Source of the DNA: Bilabrum cf. latius
Taxonomy: Eukaryota
NCBI GenBank assembly: GCA_965178125.1
Contig: OZ237737.1
Span: 372,001 to 436,000, forward strand
Reading direction: 5' to 3'
Length of the DNA: 64,000 nt
Every line of letters begins with the position of its first letter. Within the stretch, counting starts at the first letter, position 1. Shown here one piece after another: positions 51,060-63,498 of the stretch. A program made the position numbers and the translations under genes. Under the pieces are notes generated by a model. That model was not told the DNA's origin, did not search any database, and was given only the letters and a program-made list of their open reading frames with translations.

Positions 51060-52553
51060 ATGCAGTGGTTCGGTCATTTAAACCCAATACTTGAATCTCG
51101 TGTGGCAGATAGTGTCCCGCGAGACAGCGTGCCGGCTTTGCCCTCTCTTGTGCCGTCATGGGTGGCTGGCTGCTTGGATATCGATGTGTTGCAGGTCTCA
51201 GAGACAAAGGATGTCGATTGCGAGTCCATCATCAGCAGCATCAAATCTAGTACCCGGAAGACATCGCTTCTTGTCGGTCCCGTGGTCCTGCAAATCGTGT
51301 TTGTGCGAGATGCAGAAATGCCACGGTTCAAGCCAGCTGGCGCTTCAGAAGATCAGTTGGATAGCGGCGCCGGCAGAACCCTTGCCATGGAGCTGACAGA
51401 TGGCATTCGGAATTGCAAGGCATTTGAAAGCGTCCGCTTGGAGTCAATTCAAGCATCGGCGTTGTACCCAGGGGTTAAGCTGCTGCTTCACGACTGCCCA
51501 ATAGTCGCCGGTATGCTCGCCCTGCGCCCATCCAATTGTGAACTGTTAGGTGGTCATGTTGACAGCTTGTTCTCGGCATGGAAGGCAAAGTCAGGCTTGT
51601 CTGGTCCAGCCGAGGTAGAGGCCAGGCGGGAAGCTGCGTTGCGAAGCAGGGCCGGGGGACCGCCCCCCTTCGTGGGGTTCGGAGGCACAGGCGGATGCGC
51701 AGGCCTGGCAGCACCACGTCCCGCTGCCAACTCCACAGCTGCATCCGCAGGCACAACGACCCCAAAACGCAGCTCGAAGGAGGAGAAGGGGCCGGCCCCG
51801 ATCCAGAGGACCGTGCCGGCCGCAGGGGTGGCTCTACCGGCATTCCAGCGACCATCTCACTCTCACCCCTCCTCCTCCATGACGGAGATGAGCGCGGCCG
51901 CTGCCTCGGGCAGTGCCGGGTCTACACGAGCTGTTGCTTCTGTAGCAAGCGCTTAGAGATCCGCGACTCCCGCGTATCCGTGCCGTCTGGTTGCTTCGTT
52001 CGCCGAGGCCCGCAGAGCGGCCGATGCTTCGAAGCGGGCCGCCGCAGCTGCCGGGGGCAGGTCCGTTCCCTCCGCCCGCAGGATCGTGCGGTGCACCGTA
52101 CTAGCCGTTGAGCTGGTGGCGGCCCCCAGACCAGACCTTGACCCGGAGCCCTGTCTCTGCGTCACGGCAACGGACGATGCAGGCAGGCAGGAGGCCCTGG
52201 CCGCGTCCGCCACTCTACGGGGCCAGCTGCTGGGGCTGAGCTCTTTTGCCGCTGCGTCTGGCGCCAGCCCGGGCTCAGGCAGTGCGGCAAGGAGCAGCGC
52301 TGCTGCCGCAGGCGCCGGCAAGGTTGTAGCGGGACAAGTTTGGAGTGGGAGAGGGAGTTCGCCGTCGTCGCCGCCCATGCCCCGCCTGTCAGACATCCTG
52401 AGACAGCCCGCTGGAGAGAGGGCCATAGCCGGCAGGATCGCAGCGCTGCAGAAGCGGTTTACGCTGAAGGGTGGGCTGCGCATGGGGGCGGAGGTGGACT
52501 TCAGGGTGTCTCCATTTGCGCTCCTGATTGGGATGCATGCACCGCCGGGCTGA
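51060..52553 (+). CDS. RMI1-like OB-fold protein (RecQ-mediated genome instability 1 / TDRD3 N-terminal fold)
   Basis: GPVVLQI, RTLAMELTDG, PGVKLLL, GMLALRPSNCELLGGHV. TAG 51954 joins a C-terminal domain. Ends TGA. Confidence 0.75.
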
Positions 52554-52687
52554 CGTGTACGAGCAAGTCTTCTCCATCAATTCGAAAACAAGAATGAGCT
52601 AACTTAAGCGTAGTTTAGCCAAGCACTTCCTGCAAACACGCAATAGCACGGGTCCGCCACTCGCTCTGGAACGAAGGAAGGAAGGGC

Positions 52688-55600
52688 TCACTCGGCCCTG
52701 CTACCGCCTTCCGAACGGATAGAGTTCGGGGAGACCGCACCCCCCCGGGGCAGCCCGGCAGAAGTCTCGCTCCCATCATGGGACGAACCCCCTGCAACAC
52801 CCTCGCTCGAGTTCTCGGGCAGGGGCAATCCAACGAAGCGTGTCAGTTGGCGTGATATTGACACCGATGATGATCTGCCAGAGTCTGAGCCCAATTGGGA
52901 CGAAGCCACAGCACCATCTGCCCCTGTGCCAAGCCCCCCAATCTAGTCCGCACCATTAGACGAAGTCCTCACTGCAGCAGGGGGGCCAACCTGAGCCGCC
53001 GAGCGCGGTGTTGTCTCTCCGTTCATCACAACACCGGAGAGTTCTACCATGCCGCCAGCAGCCTCAGGTACTGCCCCGCTCATTCCCTCATCGCCCACGA
53101 CCGGCAAGCCGCTGGTAGATCGGCCTTGTGAGCCGCTCGAAATATCTCGCCTTAATCCACTGGGGACTGACATTCCTAGACCATTGTGGCTGTTTCCACG
53201 GCTTCCTGTGGAGATGGGCGGCGGTCTGGTATCGAGCTAGTTGGTGATACGATATAGGCCAAAGTCACGAGGATCATTCTGGCTCGCTGGCGTTCGATTT
53301 CGATCGACATGGGAGGCGTCTGCCGCTTGGCCCAGCACCTCGGGCGCCTGATCCCCTGATTCCTCCGGTAGGCCAGACAGTAAGTCGAACTGGCCGTTAT
53401 CAAGGTCACCAGCAGATCTCAGCGACGGGACGAATGCCTCCAGCTGGGTCTGCTGTGGATGCATCGCTGCAACCTGGCCACCACCGTCCATGCCTGTCAG
53501 CCCATGTGCCATTGCACGTGACGAAGCGCTGCTCAAGTACTCTGCACTGCTGCGTTGGTACATGCTACCGTTGCTCGGGCTGATGGTGGGCTGCATCGAA
53601 CTTGCAGAATGGGCGGAGAAGAGCGGGTGGGGAAGGCTTGGAGGGTCGCCGTAGCTGGGAACGGCCAGATTGCCACCGACACCGTCCATGAGACTGCTGG
53701 CTTCAGACCGAGCATCGCTCAAAGACCCGTCGACCGACCCGGGTGTCTCCGAGCGAGCTTGGCTCGACAGGCCGACAAGCGCATCGGCAGCCTCCCTGTG
53801 ATCCTCTGGGGACGGCTGCGGCAGCTGCGCGGGTATCCGCCCTCCGCTAGCACTGGTCTGCTCTACGCGCCTGCGCTTGCTTGGACCACCCGAGGCGCCG
53901 TTCGATGGGATTTCACGTCGACTGGCACGCGGTGCGCCCGTACCATTGCCGACCGTGCCTTTAGGCTGGGCGTGGCGGTGTTGTGCCGGACGGGGGCGCT
54001 TTGCGCCAGGAGCACTCCCGTTGCCCGGAGCACCTCCCTGAGCAATTCTTTCACTCGTCCACCGAACGATGGGAGACGGCAGCTAGCTGTCATCTACATC
54101 GCTGACAATTCCGATCCTGTGGTCAGATTTCAGCACTTTGTTCGCCGCCCGGCCGGCCGTGGAGGCAGTACCTACTGAGCTCCCCGTCGACAGGCGCCTG
54201 CGAAGGCTCATAGCTGGGCTTCTCGCTGACCCGGGGTCCACTGCCCTAAAGCTCATCGTTTCTTCAGAACGAAGCGCCCGGAGTGTTCCGTTTCGTCTAT
54301 TGGTCCCACCTCCCCTAAATGCTGCGCGTCCTGATGTGCCACGGTTGCCAAGCCGCTGACTGCCTTGCTGTTCTAGGCGATCGAAACTGGAGCCAATCTG
54401 AAGTGAAGACACGCTGGAGGAGAGGCCCTGCCTGCTACCTCTGCTTTCATGCGGCTCGTGAGCGTCTGCCTCGCTTGTGACCAGCGGTTGCTGCGATTTC
54501 GTAACGCTATGCATACCAGTAGGCACCGACACGTTGATGAAAAAGCTCTGTTCCAAGCGCGTGCCTCGGCTCTGAGCCTGGCTACTAGCAGCCTCCCATT
54601 GCATCGACTCCTGCCCTCGTCGTCTAAACGCAGCCATGTGTGCTCCTTGCGCGGCGCCCAGTTCAGCTGCATCGCTCGCACGCAGCTCCCCCATGGGGAT
54701 TGCAATTGATAGTTGCCGCTGCTCCATGGACCCTCCGGATATATGTGACATGCCGCGGGAGCTCGATGCAGCCGAGGAGGAGCTCGATTGCTGGGTTGCA
54801 GCAGCCAGCAGAGGTCGCAGGTGACCGCTGACCTTCACGTGGTCACGAGGACGCAGCGAGTGGCGCGTGCCCCGCCCGCCGTTCAAGGTCCCAACTGCTG
54901 CAGCTCCTGCTCTTGCCCTTGACACTGCGGTAGCTGCCGCCGTGGTTTGTGCTGCCGCTGTTGTGCGCTATTTGATCGATACCGCAGCACTGCCGGGCAA
55001 CCTGACAGCAGCAGCGGCAGCAGTCGCAGCAGTCGCAGCAGTCGCAGCAGGGGCAGGCATGAGTGGTGGTGCATGCGCGCGGGAAGGGTCCAAGGCAGCC
55101 GCGAGTGCAGCTGGCAACGCTGGCTTTCTTGGGGGCGGATCCTTCTCTAGGACCGTGACTCGCCCCAGTTCATCGGGAGACAGCATCTCTCTGATTTTTG
55201 GGAAGGCGAGGAGTGGGTTGCGGTATGCCGCGTCCCTCGAGGTCAGCTCGCGCGGGGGCAAGGCGCTGATACACGCGCACCTCGGGTGGATCGTCTAGAA
55301 CTGCTCCCTCGGCAGCTTTGATCTGAGCAGCTGGAGAACTTTGCCGGGGATCGGCATGGGGTCCCACGGATCCATGCAACACATCATGATGCAAAGCATA
55401 GTGTTGTCAAAGTTAAACTTGACGACACTCTGCAGGCCCCGATAGCGCGCTTCCAGGTCTCGAGCGACGGCCGCCACCAGGAGAGATTTCTTGCCGCCGA
55501 TTTTGAGGTACCTTCCCTTCTTATCTTTGGAGTGGTCACCCCTCGGCACACTGGGGTCGTCCTTGACCCAAATTTGGGCGCGCCACAGCCACAGCGAGGC

Positions 55601-55921
55601 GCCCCGCACTTGGTCGACACCATAGAAGCCACCGCGCTTCTACTTTCTACTGCAAGGGTTGCGCTTGGCGAACCGCCTTGGATCCCGTCGTTCTGGACTG
55701 TTAAATTCGGGACATGTTGGGGGAGCTCCGTTCAGGCCGTGCCACTAGTAAAACGCTTCTCGGCCTAACTCCATATTTTGTCTGAGTCCGTGTACTTTAT
55801 GCTATATCCCGAGCCCTCCAAGGTCCAGATCGTCTGGCGTCTCGATCAAGACGTACAACTTTGTGCTCCATGCTTCTGAGTCCCGCCGACACAGCTCAAA
55901 TGAGCCAGCTCCAGCCAGCAT
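52688..55921 (-). CDS. AP2-domain putative transcription factor with long disordered tail (about 1077 aa)
   Basis: GFYGV..WRAQIWV..RYLKIG..AAVARDLEARYRG..KFNF (about 55400-55630). Single frame open except for TAGs. Ends TGA. Start is uncertain. Confidence 0.72.
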
Positions 55922-56100
55922 GAATAGTTGCTCGATCCGTTTACCACGCACTTGCTGTACTTTTAGGGCAATAAATGCGGTGCACTATACAAACTATTGT
56001 CAATATATGCGAATATTACACTAGTAAGCTGATATAAACAGCCGGTATGGCTTTGATGAAGGCAGACGACCTTCGAAACCCAAGTGCTATTCCTGTGGTT

Positions 56101-56132
56101 GAAATACAGAAATACAGAAATACAGAAATACA
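56101..56132. repeat. (GAAATACA)4 tandem repeat
   Basis: Four perfect octamers. Confidence 0.9.
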
Positions 56133-56340
56133 TTGTTGGGTAAAGATTCCACAAGCACCCAGATGCACCGTTGCCCCCGAAGGAGTTCGAGTGATCACCT
56201 GAATCCAGAGGAGTCCTCAAACAAGGACTACAAGACCCCCGACCCTTTCAGGCCAAAGGCCCCCCAATCTCAGCCTACACCGCCGAGTCCCCTTTATTCG
56301 CCATCAATGTGGTCCCCCACAAGCCCTCAGCCTGATGCCT

Positions 56341-57555
56341 TCACAGGGAGAAAGCATACAGGTGCGGAGCATGTGCCCGGCACAAAGCGCGGTCCAGTCC
56401 CACATCAGGGTCCCCTGCCGGGACCCACCATTTCCTCCTCCATGACCGTCTCTGCGTCTCACGATCCTTCAGAGAGGCTAGCATGCACGCGCTCATGCCT
56501 TTGGCCCATTGCCTCTCTATGTCCCTTAGCAAGCCGTGGGGCTTAAACATCCGTCGCTGTAGCCGAGCGTTCGCATTGGTTGCCGCTATCAGCTCTTGCG
56601 TGGCCGTGGCGGCAAGAGCAGCCGCCGCATCGCCTCGCATCCACTGCCTGCACGTCAGCTACTCCTGCTAGCGCAGCTGGTTCCTGATCACCTGCACCAC
56701 TCGGTTGGCCAGCTCCTTGACAGCTGTCCGTTCCGATGACCGCGCAATCGTACGCTCTATCCGAGTGAGTGCGTCTTCGACGATTGGCTTGGCCCTGCTG
56801 GTGCGCTCCAGCTTCTCGTCCCAAGGGTCCTGAGCGAGAGCTGTCTTCGCCCATGCTTTCCGGAGGGAGGCAGGGGACCTCCCTCTATTCTGATCCGCAT
56901 CATCGGGTTGCCACGGTCTCGTTCCGGCATGATGGTCATGCTCGGCCCGCTCCATCTGCTCTACCGCGGTGCCCATCACTTGAAGGTTGGGCGTGCCCTG
57001 TTGCGGGTATTGTCCAGCTCGGATGCGCAGAATTCGTCTTCCTTGGTGGCCGTATTCCTGCACCACCGCTGCTGTTGGCATGGCTCCTGGTCCGAAGGCA
57101 TACCGTCCCTTCGTTGCGTACCGGTTAAGCATGACCACTCCGAGCGCAGCTCTCTCCCGGTCCCAATCCGACAGTGCCGGATCGTGCGAGCATCCCAGGC
57201 TCAGGCTTGTGAACGATCGGTCAGCAGCTCCGGATTTGGATTTCCTCCACTTTGTGATTTTTTTTGCAGTCTCCTGGCATCCCAGCCAGTCCTTCGCGTC
57301 ATCGATCCGGTGGGTCCACCCTGCCATCTTGATCCTGAATCCCAGTGCCAGCGCGGCCCCGAGTGGGCCTGTCTGTACTGGTGGTCCCTGCAGGAATCGG
57401 CCCTGGTGGATGAACCTGGCCGCAACATCAAGGCCCTTCTTCGAGGGACACTCGATCAGGTTGCGGCGCGCGCAGTGTTGCGTGCAAAAACCGATATACA
57501 TCCACGAGAAACGCGGATGCCTCATCCGGGATCCAACAAGCCACAGTGCTCCCAT
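56341..57555 (-). CDS. Hypothetical protein (about 400 aa)
   Basis: Two same-frame fragments joined by CGC TAG CAG GAG TAG. Ends TGA. Start is uncertain. Confidence 0.55.
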
Positions 57556-57568
57556 TCAATGCAAAAAC

Positions 57569-58882
57569 TCAGCCTTCCAGAGCTTCCTCTCGCCTCCGAA
57601 TGACGCTCTCCATGCTCCCCGCCGCCGAAGCCGGGATCACCGAGACCTGGCTGCCTTCGGCCATCCCCGCCTTGGCCATGATCATCAGCGAGCCCCCCGA
57701 CCCTGGCCCGCTCGCATCCACACCGCCCCCGCTGGAGCTTGGGGTCTCGATCGACCCCGCCAGCGATGCGAGCACGCTGCCTCCTGTGTTCCCCGAAGTT
57801 GCGCTGGAGCTCGCGCTGGGGAAGTGGTTCCCATGCCGGCCTGCCCTCCCCAGGTGCACCCCGCCCGGCGCCATGATGCCCAGCCCGGGAGGTGCCCAGC
57901 CAGTACCGGCAGCATCCATAAAGGCACCATGGGCTACACTGGGATCCGCCATATGCCCACCAGGGCGTGTCTCCTCGTCCATGCTGTCGCTTTCCATGGC
58001 ATGGTTGACGATTTGGGCGATCGTGGCAGCCGGTGGGACGGCGCGCACGTGCCCCGAGCTGCTGCTCAGGTTGAAGTCGTGTGACTGTGTTTGCGTTGGG
58101 GATACTGTTTCCATGGGGCTGCTGGGGCTCAAGGCAGGGATGCCGGGTACTGCCATTTCTCGAAGACTGGCAACCGCCCGCCGTGTTTCTGGGGCGTTCA
58201 GCCTTTCAGTTTTGTCCTAGTCAGGTCCCACTTCCACATGTGTAATATCCACCACATTGGCCCCGGGGGGCAAATACTGCCGTAGCTCTGGCATTGCCAA
58301 AGGCAAGTCTGCCGTGGCTTTGGCTCTCGCTGACAGTTGGATCAGCTGGTAATCTCGCACACTGGCTGGAGCTTGCATGCTGCGCTTGCCGGCCTCTTGG
58401 TTGTGTGTCTCATTCCTTTTTATGTCCCAAGCAATCTTCCGTGGCGCATCAAGTTCAATCAGACCTGGCTTCTTGGAGGCTGTGGAAACGCTGCTGTGAT
58501 CCTCTTTCGTGTTCAACTTCGTTGGCCCTTCTTCTGCGTGCGAACAGAGGTAGCGCACGATTGAGCACTACATAATGGACTACACGAACACCAGAGAAGG
58601 CCCGGTCAATCATCACGGAGCAAACAGCTCAACAACACTTGGAAAAGAACTCAACAAGCCAAGTCGTCTAACCTGTCATACTACGACCTACATGCCCACT
58701 GCATTTGGCTTCCGTCGCCTTCTTGGTATACTGCGTAACATCGAGCAGTCGAAGAGAGGCAGGAACTGACAGTGCGAGCTCCGGTAACACGACAACGCGA
58801 CATCATGGTTGCGCCGAGCACTGACATATTTGCGTGGCGTGGATGCCGTACGAATTGACGTCGAGGAAGCCCCGCAACCCAT
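57569..58882 (-). CDS. Hypothetical protein with MGCGASS N-myristoylation/palmitoylation motif, copy 1 (exons 58882-58826, 58730-58673, 58533-57569)
   Basis: Phase-consistent GT-AG introns, TAG at 58217 read through, TGA stop. The structure is conserved in copy 2. Confidence 0.65.
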
Positions 58883-59066
58883 GGTAATTGAATGGATGAA
58901 ATGCTTTACACCGTGGCTACGAACTCGCTGCAGTAGTAGAGAGTTTGGCTTCAATCGATGGCGAAGTGTTGCCATCATCAGAACGCAGGCATCGAAGTCG
59001 CCCGAGGTGACGGTGGTCGCAAATGGAATGGCTGAACAGTTCGTAATTTACACACCGAGCTGAATA

Positions 59067-61018
59067 ATGAATCGAGCTGTCTCTGTAACATTTCTGTGTG
59101 TATTGGCACATGCAACGGGACAGACGGGTGGTGATAAGAGAGGCGCCATCAAACATGCGCACTTCGCTCCTGCAAGATCGAATGAAAGTCGATGGCTGGG
59201 GTCTGCTGTGCAGCGGACGACGAACTCTTCTCGCGTATTAATTGATTGGAATACTGTTGATGCAGTGTCGAACTCCTCTGCGACATGCTAGGTCGTTTCG
59301 AACGCTATACTTGTTCGGGAGTATCCTCCTTCAAGGCTCAGCTTCCAGCGGCTCCGAGAACTAACGGCAATCGGAATGCAGTACGTGCGGTACGTCCCGT
59401 GGTTTCCACTCCCATGGTTTGGGGTTCCCGAGCTGTCTCCTGGGAAATGGAACGCAACTCTTGCAGGACAGATGCTTGAGGACCTGTGGGACGCCACGGG
59501 TGGCAACAACAGCGAAGCGCGCACGATCATCAACTTCAGCACGCAGCCTGTATGGTTATACTCTGACGTGTCTGATTATTCGGTCCCGTCTGATCCTCTG
59601 CAAACCGATTTCAAGTACCCGAAAGGCACGCAGCTGGCAGATCCGACCGGCAGAGCCATGGCAAGCTACTTCGCTGACATCGTGGCGTGGATCAGGTACG
59701 GGAAGCACAACGGTCCCAAGTACCCCATGGACCACGATGAATTCCTAAACGAGCCGAACGCGTGCCGGGGCCAGACGATCGAGGACTACACGCTCTACTT
59801 CGACCGCTTCGTGCAGGCAGTGAGGGGCGGCCTGCCCAAGGGGGATAAGGACTCGCTGGCAACCGCCTGGACTGGCTGCTCCCCTTCTTGAACGAGTCAA
59901 CGCACCTTCCAGGCACCTTTGATGCCGTGCAGAAGGGCCTGGTCAGCTTCCACCACTACGCCAAACCCAGCAGCCGCATGGACCCCGTGGCCTTCGAGAG
60001 CATCTTCGATTCGGCGGACGACTGGATCGAGGATTTCGTGGTGCCGGCCGTGCGGGCCCGGGCTCTCCTCAGCCCCACAACTCGATTCGATGCCAACGAG
60101 CTCGGCGTGGTTCTGCCCGATGATGACAACCCAAACGCTCCCCAATTCCCGCTGGTCTACTGGAACGCCGCCGCTGCCCTATTCGCGTACGAATATGCAC
60201 GTCTGGCCAAGGCCGGCGTGGAGGTGGTGGGCATGTCACAGTGGGCGGGGAATCCGCCAATGACCATCGCGGGGATGAAGGCAAGCAACCAGCACCCCGG
60301 TGTCAGCATCATGAACTACACCACGGGAGAGGGCACGGCCAGGTACTGGACGCTCAAGCTGATGCTGGAGGCATTCCAGCCGGGGGACAAGCTGGTGAGC
60401 ACCACCGTTGCCACTTCACCCGTATGCGGTGTCATGGATCCAGAGCTGGACGCGGGCAACTACAGCAGCGTGGCTTTGCAATGCGCCGGGCAGGGCGCGA
60501 CCATCAGCAGCATCGACTTTGCCGCGTTCGGGACACCGTACGGGACCTGCGGCGACTACCACCACAACGCCAGCTGCGATGCTTCCAATGCCACGGAGGT
60601 CGCCGAGCACCTGTGCTTGGGCAAGACCAGCTGCTCAGTTCCGTCATACCCTCAACTGGGGGACCCTTGCTTTGGCTCGGTCAAGCGGCTGATCGTGCAG
60701 GCCCAGTGCAGCGACGGGCAGGGCGGGGTCGCGCACCCCGGACCGTCTCCCTACTTTGCCCAAGGATTTGCGCCGGCTTCAGGTGCGTCTGGACTCAAGG
60801 GGCAGAGGCGTCTCCTCGTCGTGAACACCAACGCGGGGCCGATCCAAGTTGACCTGAGCGGACTGTTCGGGTCCGAGCAGATGCCCGAGCGTGGAATGTC
60901 TGCTCTCGTGGTCGATGAGGCAACCGGGTTTGGGCCAGCAAGGAAGGCACCCATCGCCGGGAACGGATCCCTCCCACTGTCAGCGTTCGCTGTCGCGGTC
61001 GTGTTCGAGGAGACTTGA
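59067..61018 (+). CDS. Secreted clan GH-A (GH39-like) glycoside hydrolase with inserted SUEL/galactose-binding lectin domain; one apparent frameshift near 59845
   Basis: Signal-peptide-like start, TC*VVSN, YVRYVPWFP, INFSTQPVW, FLNEP (acid/base), SFHHYA, NELG (nucleophile), ARYWTLKL. Lectin motif C..ISSIDFAAFGTPYGTCG..CLGKTSC..GDPC..KRL. Confidence 0.78.
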
Positions 61019-61070
61019 AGCAGGCCTGACACCGGCAGCCCGCCGCCCTGCCAACAACGTCTGGTTCAAG

Positions 61071-62663
61071 CAGCCAGGATGGCTTCGATGAAGGCAGATG
61101 ATCTGTCAAAACCAAGTGCTATTCCTGTGGTTGCGGCGCGCGCAGTGTTGCGTGCAAAAACCGATTTACATCCTTACGGAACGCGGATGCCTCATCCGGG
61201 ATCCAACAAGTTGGTTTACTCCCATTCAATGCAAAAACTCAGCCTTCCAGAGCTTCCTCTCGCCTCCGAACGACGCTCTCCATGCTCCCCGCCGCCGAAG
61301 CCGGGATCACCGAGACCTGGCTGCCTTCGGCCATCCCCGCCTTGGCCATGATCATCAGCGAGCCCCCCGACCCTGGCCCGCTCGCATCCACACCGCCCCC
61401 GCTGGAGCTTGGGGTCTCGATCGACCCCGCCAGCGATGCGAGCACGCTGCCTCCTGTGTTCCCCGAAGTTGCGCTCGAACTCACGCTGGAGGAGTGGTTC
61501 CCATGCCGGCCTGCCCTCCCCAGGTGCACCCCGCCCGGCGCCATGATGCCCAGCCCGGGAGGTGCCCAGCCAGCACCGGCAGTATCCATCGAGGCACCGT
61601 GGGCCATACCGAGTTCCGCCATATGCCCACCAGGGCGTGTCTCCTCGTCCATGCTGTCGCTTTCCATGGCACGGTTGACGATTTGGGCGATCATGGCAGC
61701 CGGTGGGACGGCGCGCACGTGCCCCGAGCTGCTGCTCAGGTTGAAGTCGTGTGACTGTGATTGCGTTGGGGATATTGTTTCCATGGGGCTGCTGGGGCTC
61801 AAGGCAGGGATGCCAGGTACCGCCATTTCTCGAAGACTGGCAGATGCCACTCGTCGTTCAGGTGTGCTCAGCCTTTCAGTTTTGTCCTAGTCAGGTCCCA
61901 CTTCCACATGTGTAATATCCACCACATTGGCCCCGGGGGGCAAATACTGCCGTAGCTCTGGCATTGCCAAAGGCAAGTCTGCCGTGGCTTTCGCTCTCGC
62001 TGACAGTTGGATCAGCTGGTCATCTCGCAAGCCAGATTCTGCACTGGCTGGAGCTTGTATGCTGCGCTTGCCGGCCTCTTGGTTGTGTGTCTCATTCCCT
62101 TTTATGTCCCAAGCAATCTTCCGTGGCGCATCAAGTTCAATCAGACCTGGCTTCTTGGAGGCTGTGGAAACGCTGCTGTGATCCTCTTTCGTGTACAACT
62201 TCGTTGGCCCTTCTTCTGCGTGCGAACAGAGGAAGCACGCGATTGAGCACTACATATGGAATATTTGAGATCGCTACCAGAGAAGGCCCGGTCAATCATC
62301 ACGGAGCAAACAGCTCAACAACACTTGGAAAAGAACTCAACAAGCCAACTCGTCTAACCTGTCATACTACGACCTGCATGCCCACTGCATTTGGCTTCCG
62401 TCGCCTTCTTGGCATACTGCGAAGCATTGAGCAGTCGAAAAGAGGCAGGAACTGACAGTTCAGGCTCCGGTGACACGACAACGCGACATCATGGTTGCGA
62501 CGAGCACTGACATATTTGCGTGGCGTGGATGCCGTACGAATTGATATCGAGGAAGCCCCGCAACCCATGGTAATTGAATGGATGGAATACTTTACACCGG
62601 GCCTACGAACTCGCTGCAGTAGTAGAGAGTTTGGCTTCAATTGATGGCGAAGTGTTGCCATCA
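61071..62663. repeat. Segmental duplicate of about 56039-58977 with an internal 1362-bp deletion
   Basis: High identity to 57459-58977 and to 56039-56101, fused at GGTTG. Confidence 0.9.
61239..62568 (-). CDS. MGCGASS-motif hypothetical protein, copy 2
   Basis: Paralog of 57569-58882 with the same splice sites, the same TAG (61887), a frame-preserving 12-nt insertion, and TGA stop. Confidence 0.62.
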
Positions 62664-62796
62664 GCAAGCAGTCGCATGCCACCGGCTTGGTCGCAAAAAG
62701 AAGAGGGGGGGGAATCTGATATTTTGTGGACTCAACTCAAAAGCGCACGCTATCACGAAGAAACATCTGGAACGAGGGCCCGGGACCTACCAGACT

Positions 62797-63171
62797 TCAC
62801 GCTTCAGCTGCAATGGCCTAAACCACCTAAGCTCCACCCTGGGGACCCATTTCCCCCTGGGGAGCGTCAGCGTTCACGTTCCCTCCGGCGCCCGCTGCCG
62901 GCACCCCGTCCTGCTGCCCGTTCTGAGCCAACCCTGCCTTGACGTTGGCGATCGCCACGGCGAGGTTGTTGTTTTCGGCTGCCCCTACAGCCAGGCTGGC
63001 AAAGTCCTCCCGGACCGCCCTTGCGAGCGCCCGTTCGCAAAAAGAAGACTCTTCGGAATGTGGCGTGTACGTGTTAGGCACCGCCGGGCAGGCAGTTGCG
63101 CTGACGTAACTTGCCAAACACTAGAGCATCGAGCCGTATAGTGTCCCTAGCGCGACAGATTCCGGAATCAT
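62797..63171 (-). CDS. Hypothetical protein (last exon or short gene; possible upstream exon near 63459)
   Basis: Frame open through TAGs at 63121, 62827 and 62818 to TGA 62797. No recognisable motif. Confidence 0.35.
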
Positions 63172-63498
63172 GATGGGATTACGGTAGCAACTGGTGAATA
63201 ATCAGATTGCGACCGTGATTGAGCGGGAACGTCACGGTAGGGTTCGTGTAGCGTGTCTGATTGGAGGAGTCTGGAGCAAGTGAGCCCATGAGCCGAACAC
63301 GTGCCTGTTCCAGACACTCACGGAGAGCAGCACGTCATGCCCTGACTGGCTCGTTTTGGCCACGATGGGAACTTTGCCCAAGCCCAGGATAAACCTATCC
63401 GAAGAAAGGTCTGGAAACCGCAAGGGCTTGCTGGCCCCCGCCTGCGTTGACCACGACATGTTCTGTTTGTCCCAGACCTGAACACCGTAGCAACTTTG

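Noticed and set aside
14097-55921. Interpreting the fragmented ORFs as pseudogenes or many small genes
   Set aside because: The interruptions are exclusively TAG, frames are preserved, essential genes are affected, and conserved motifs lie between the fragments.
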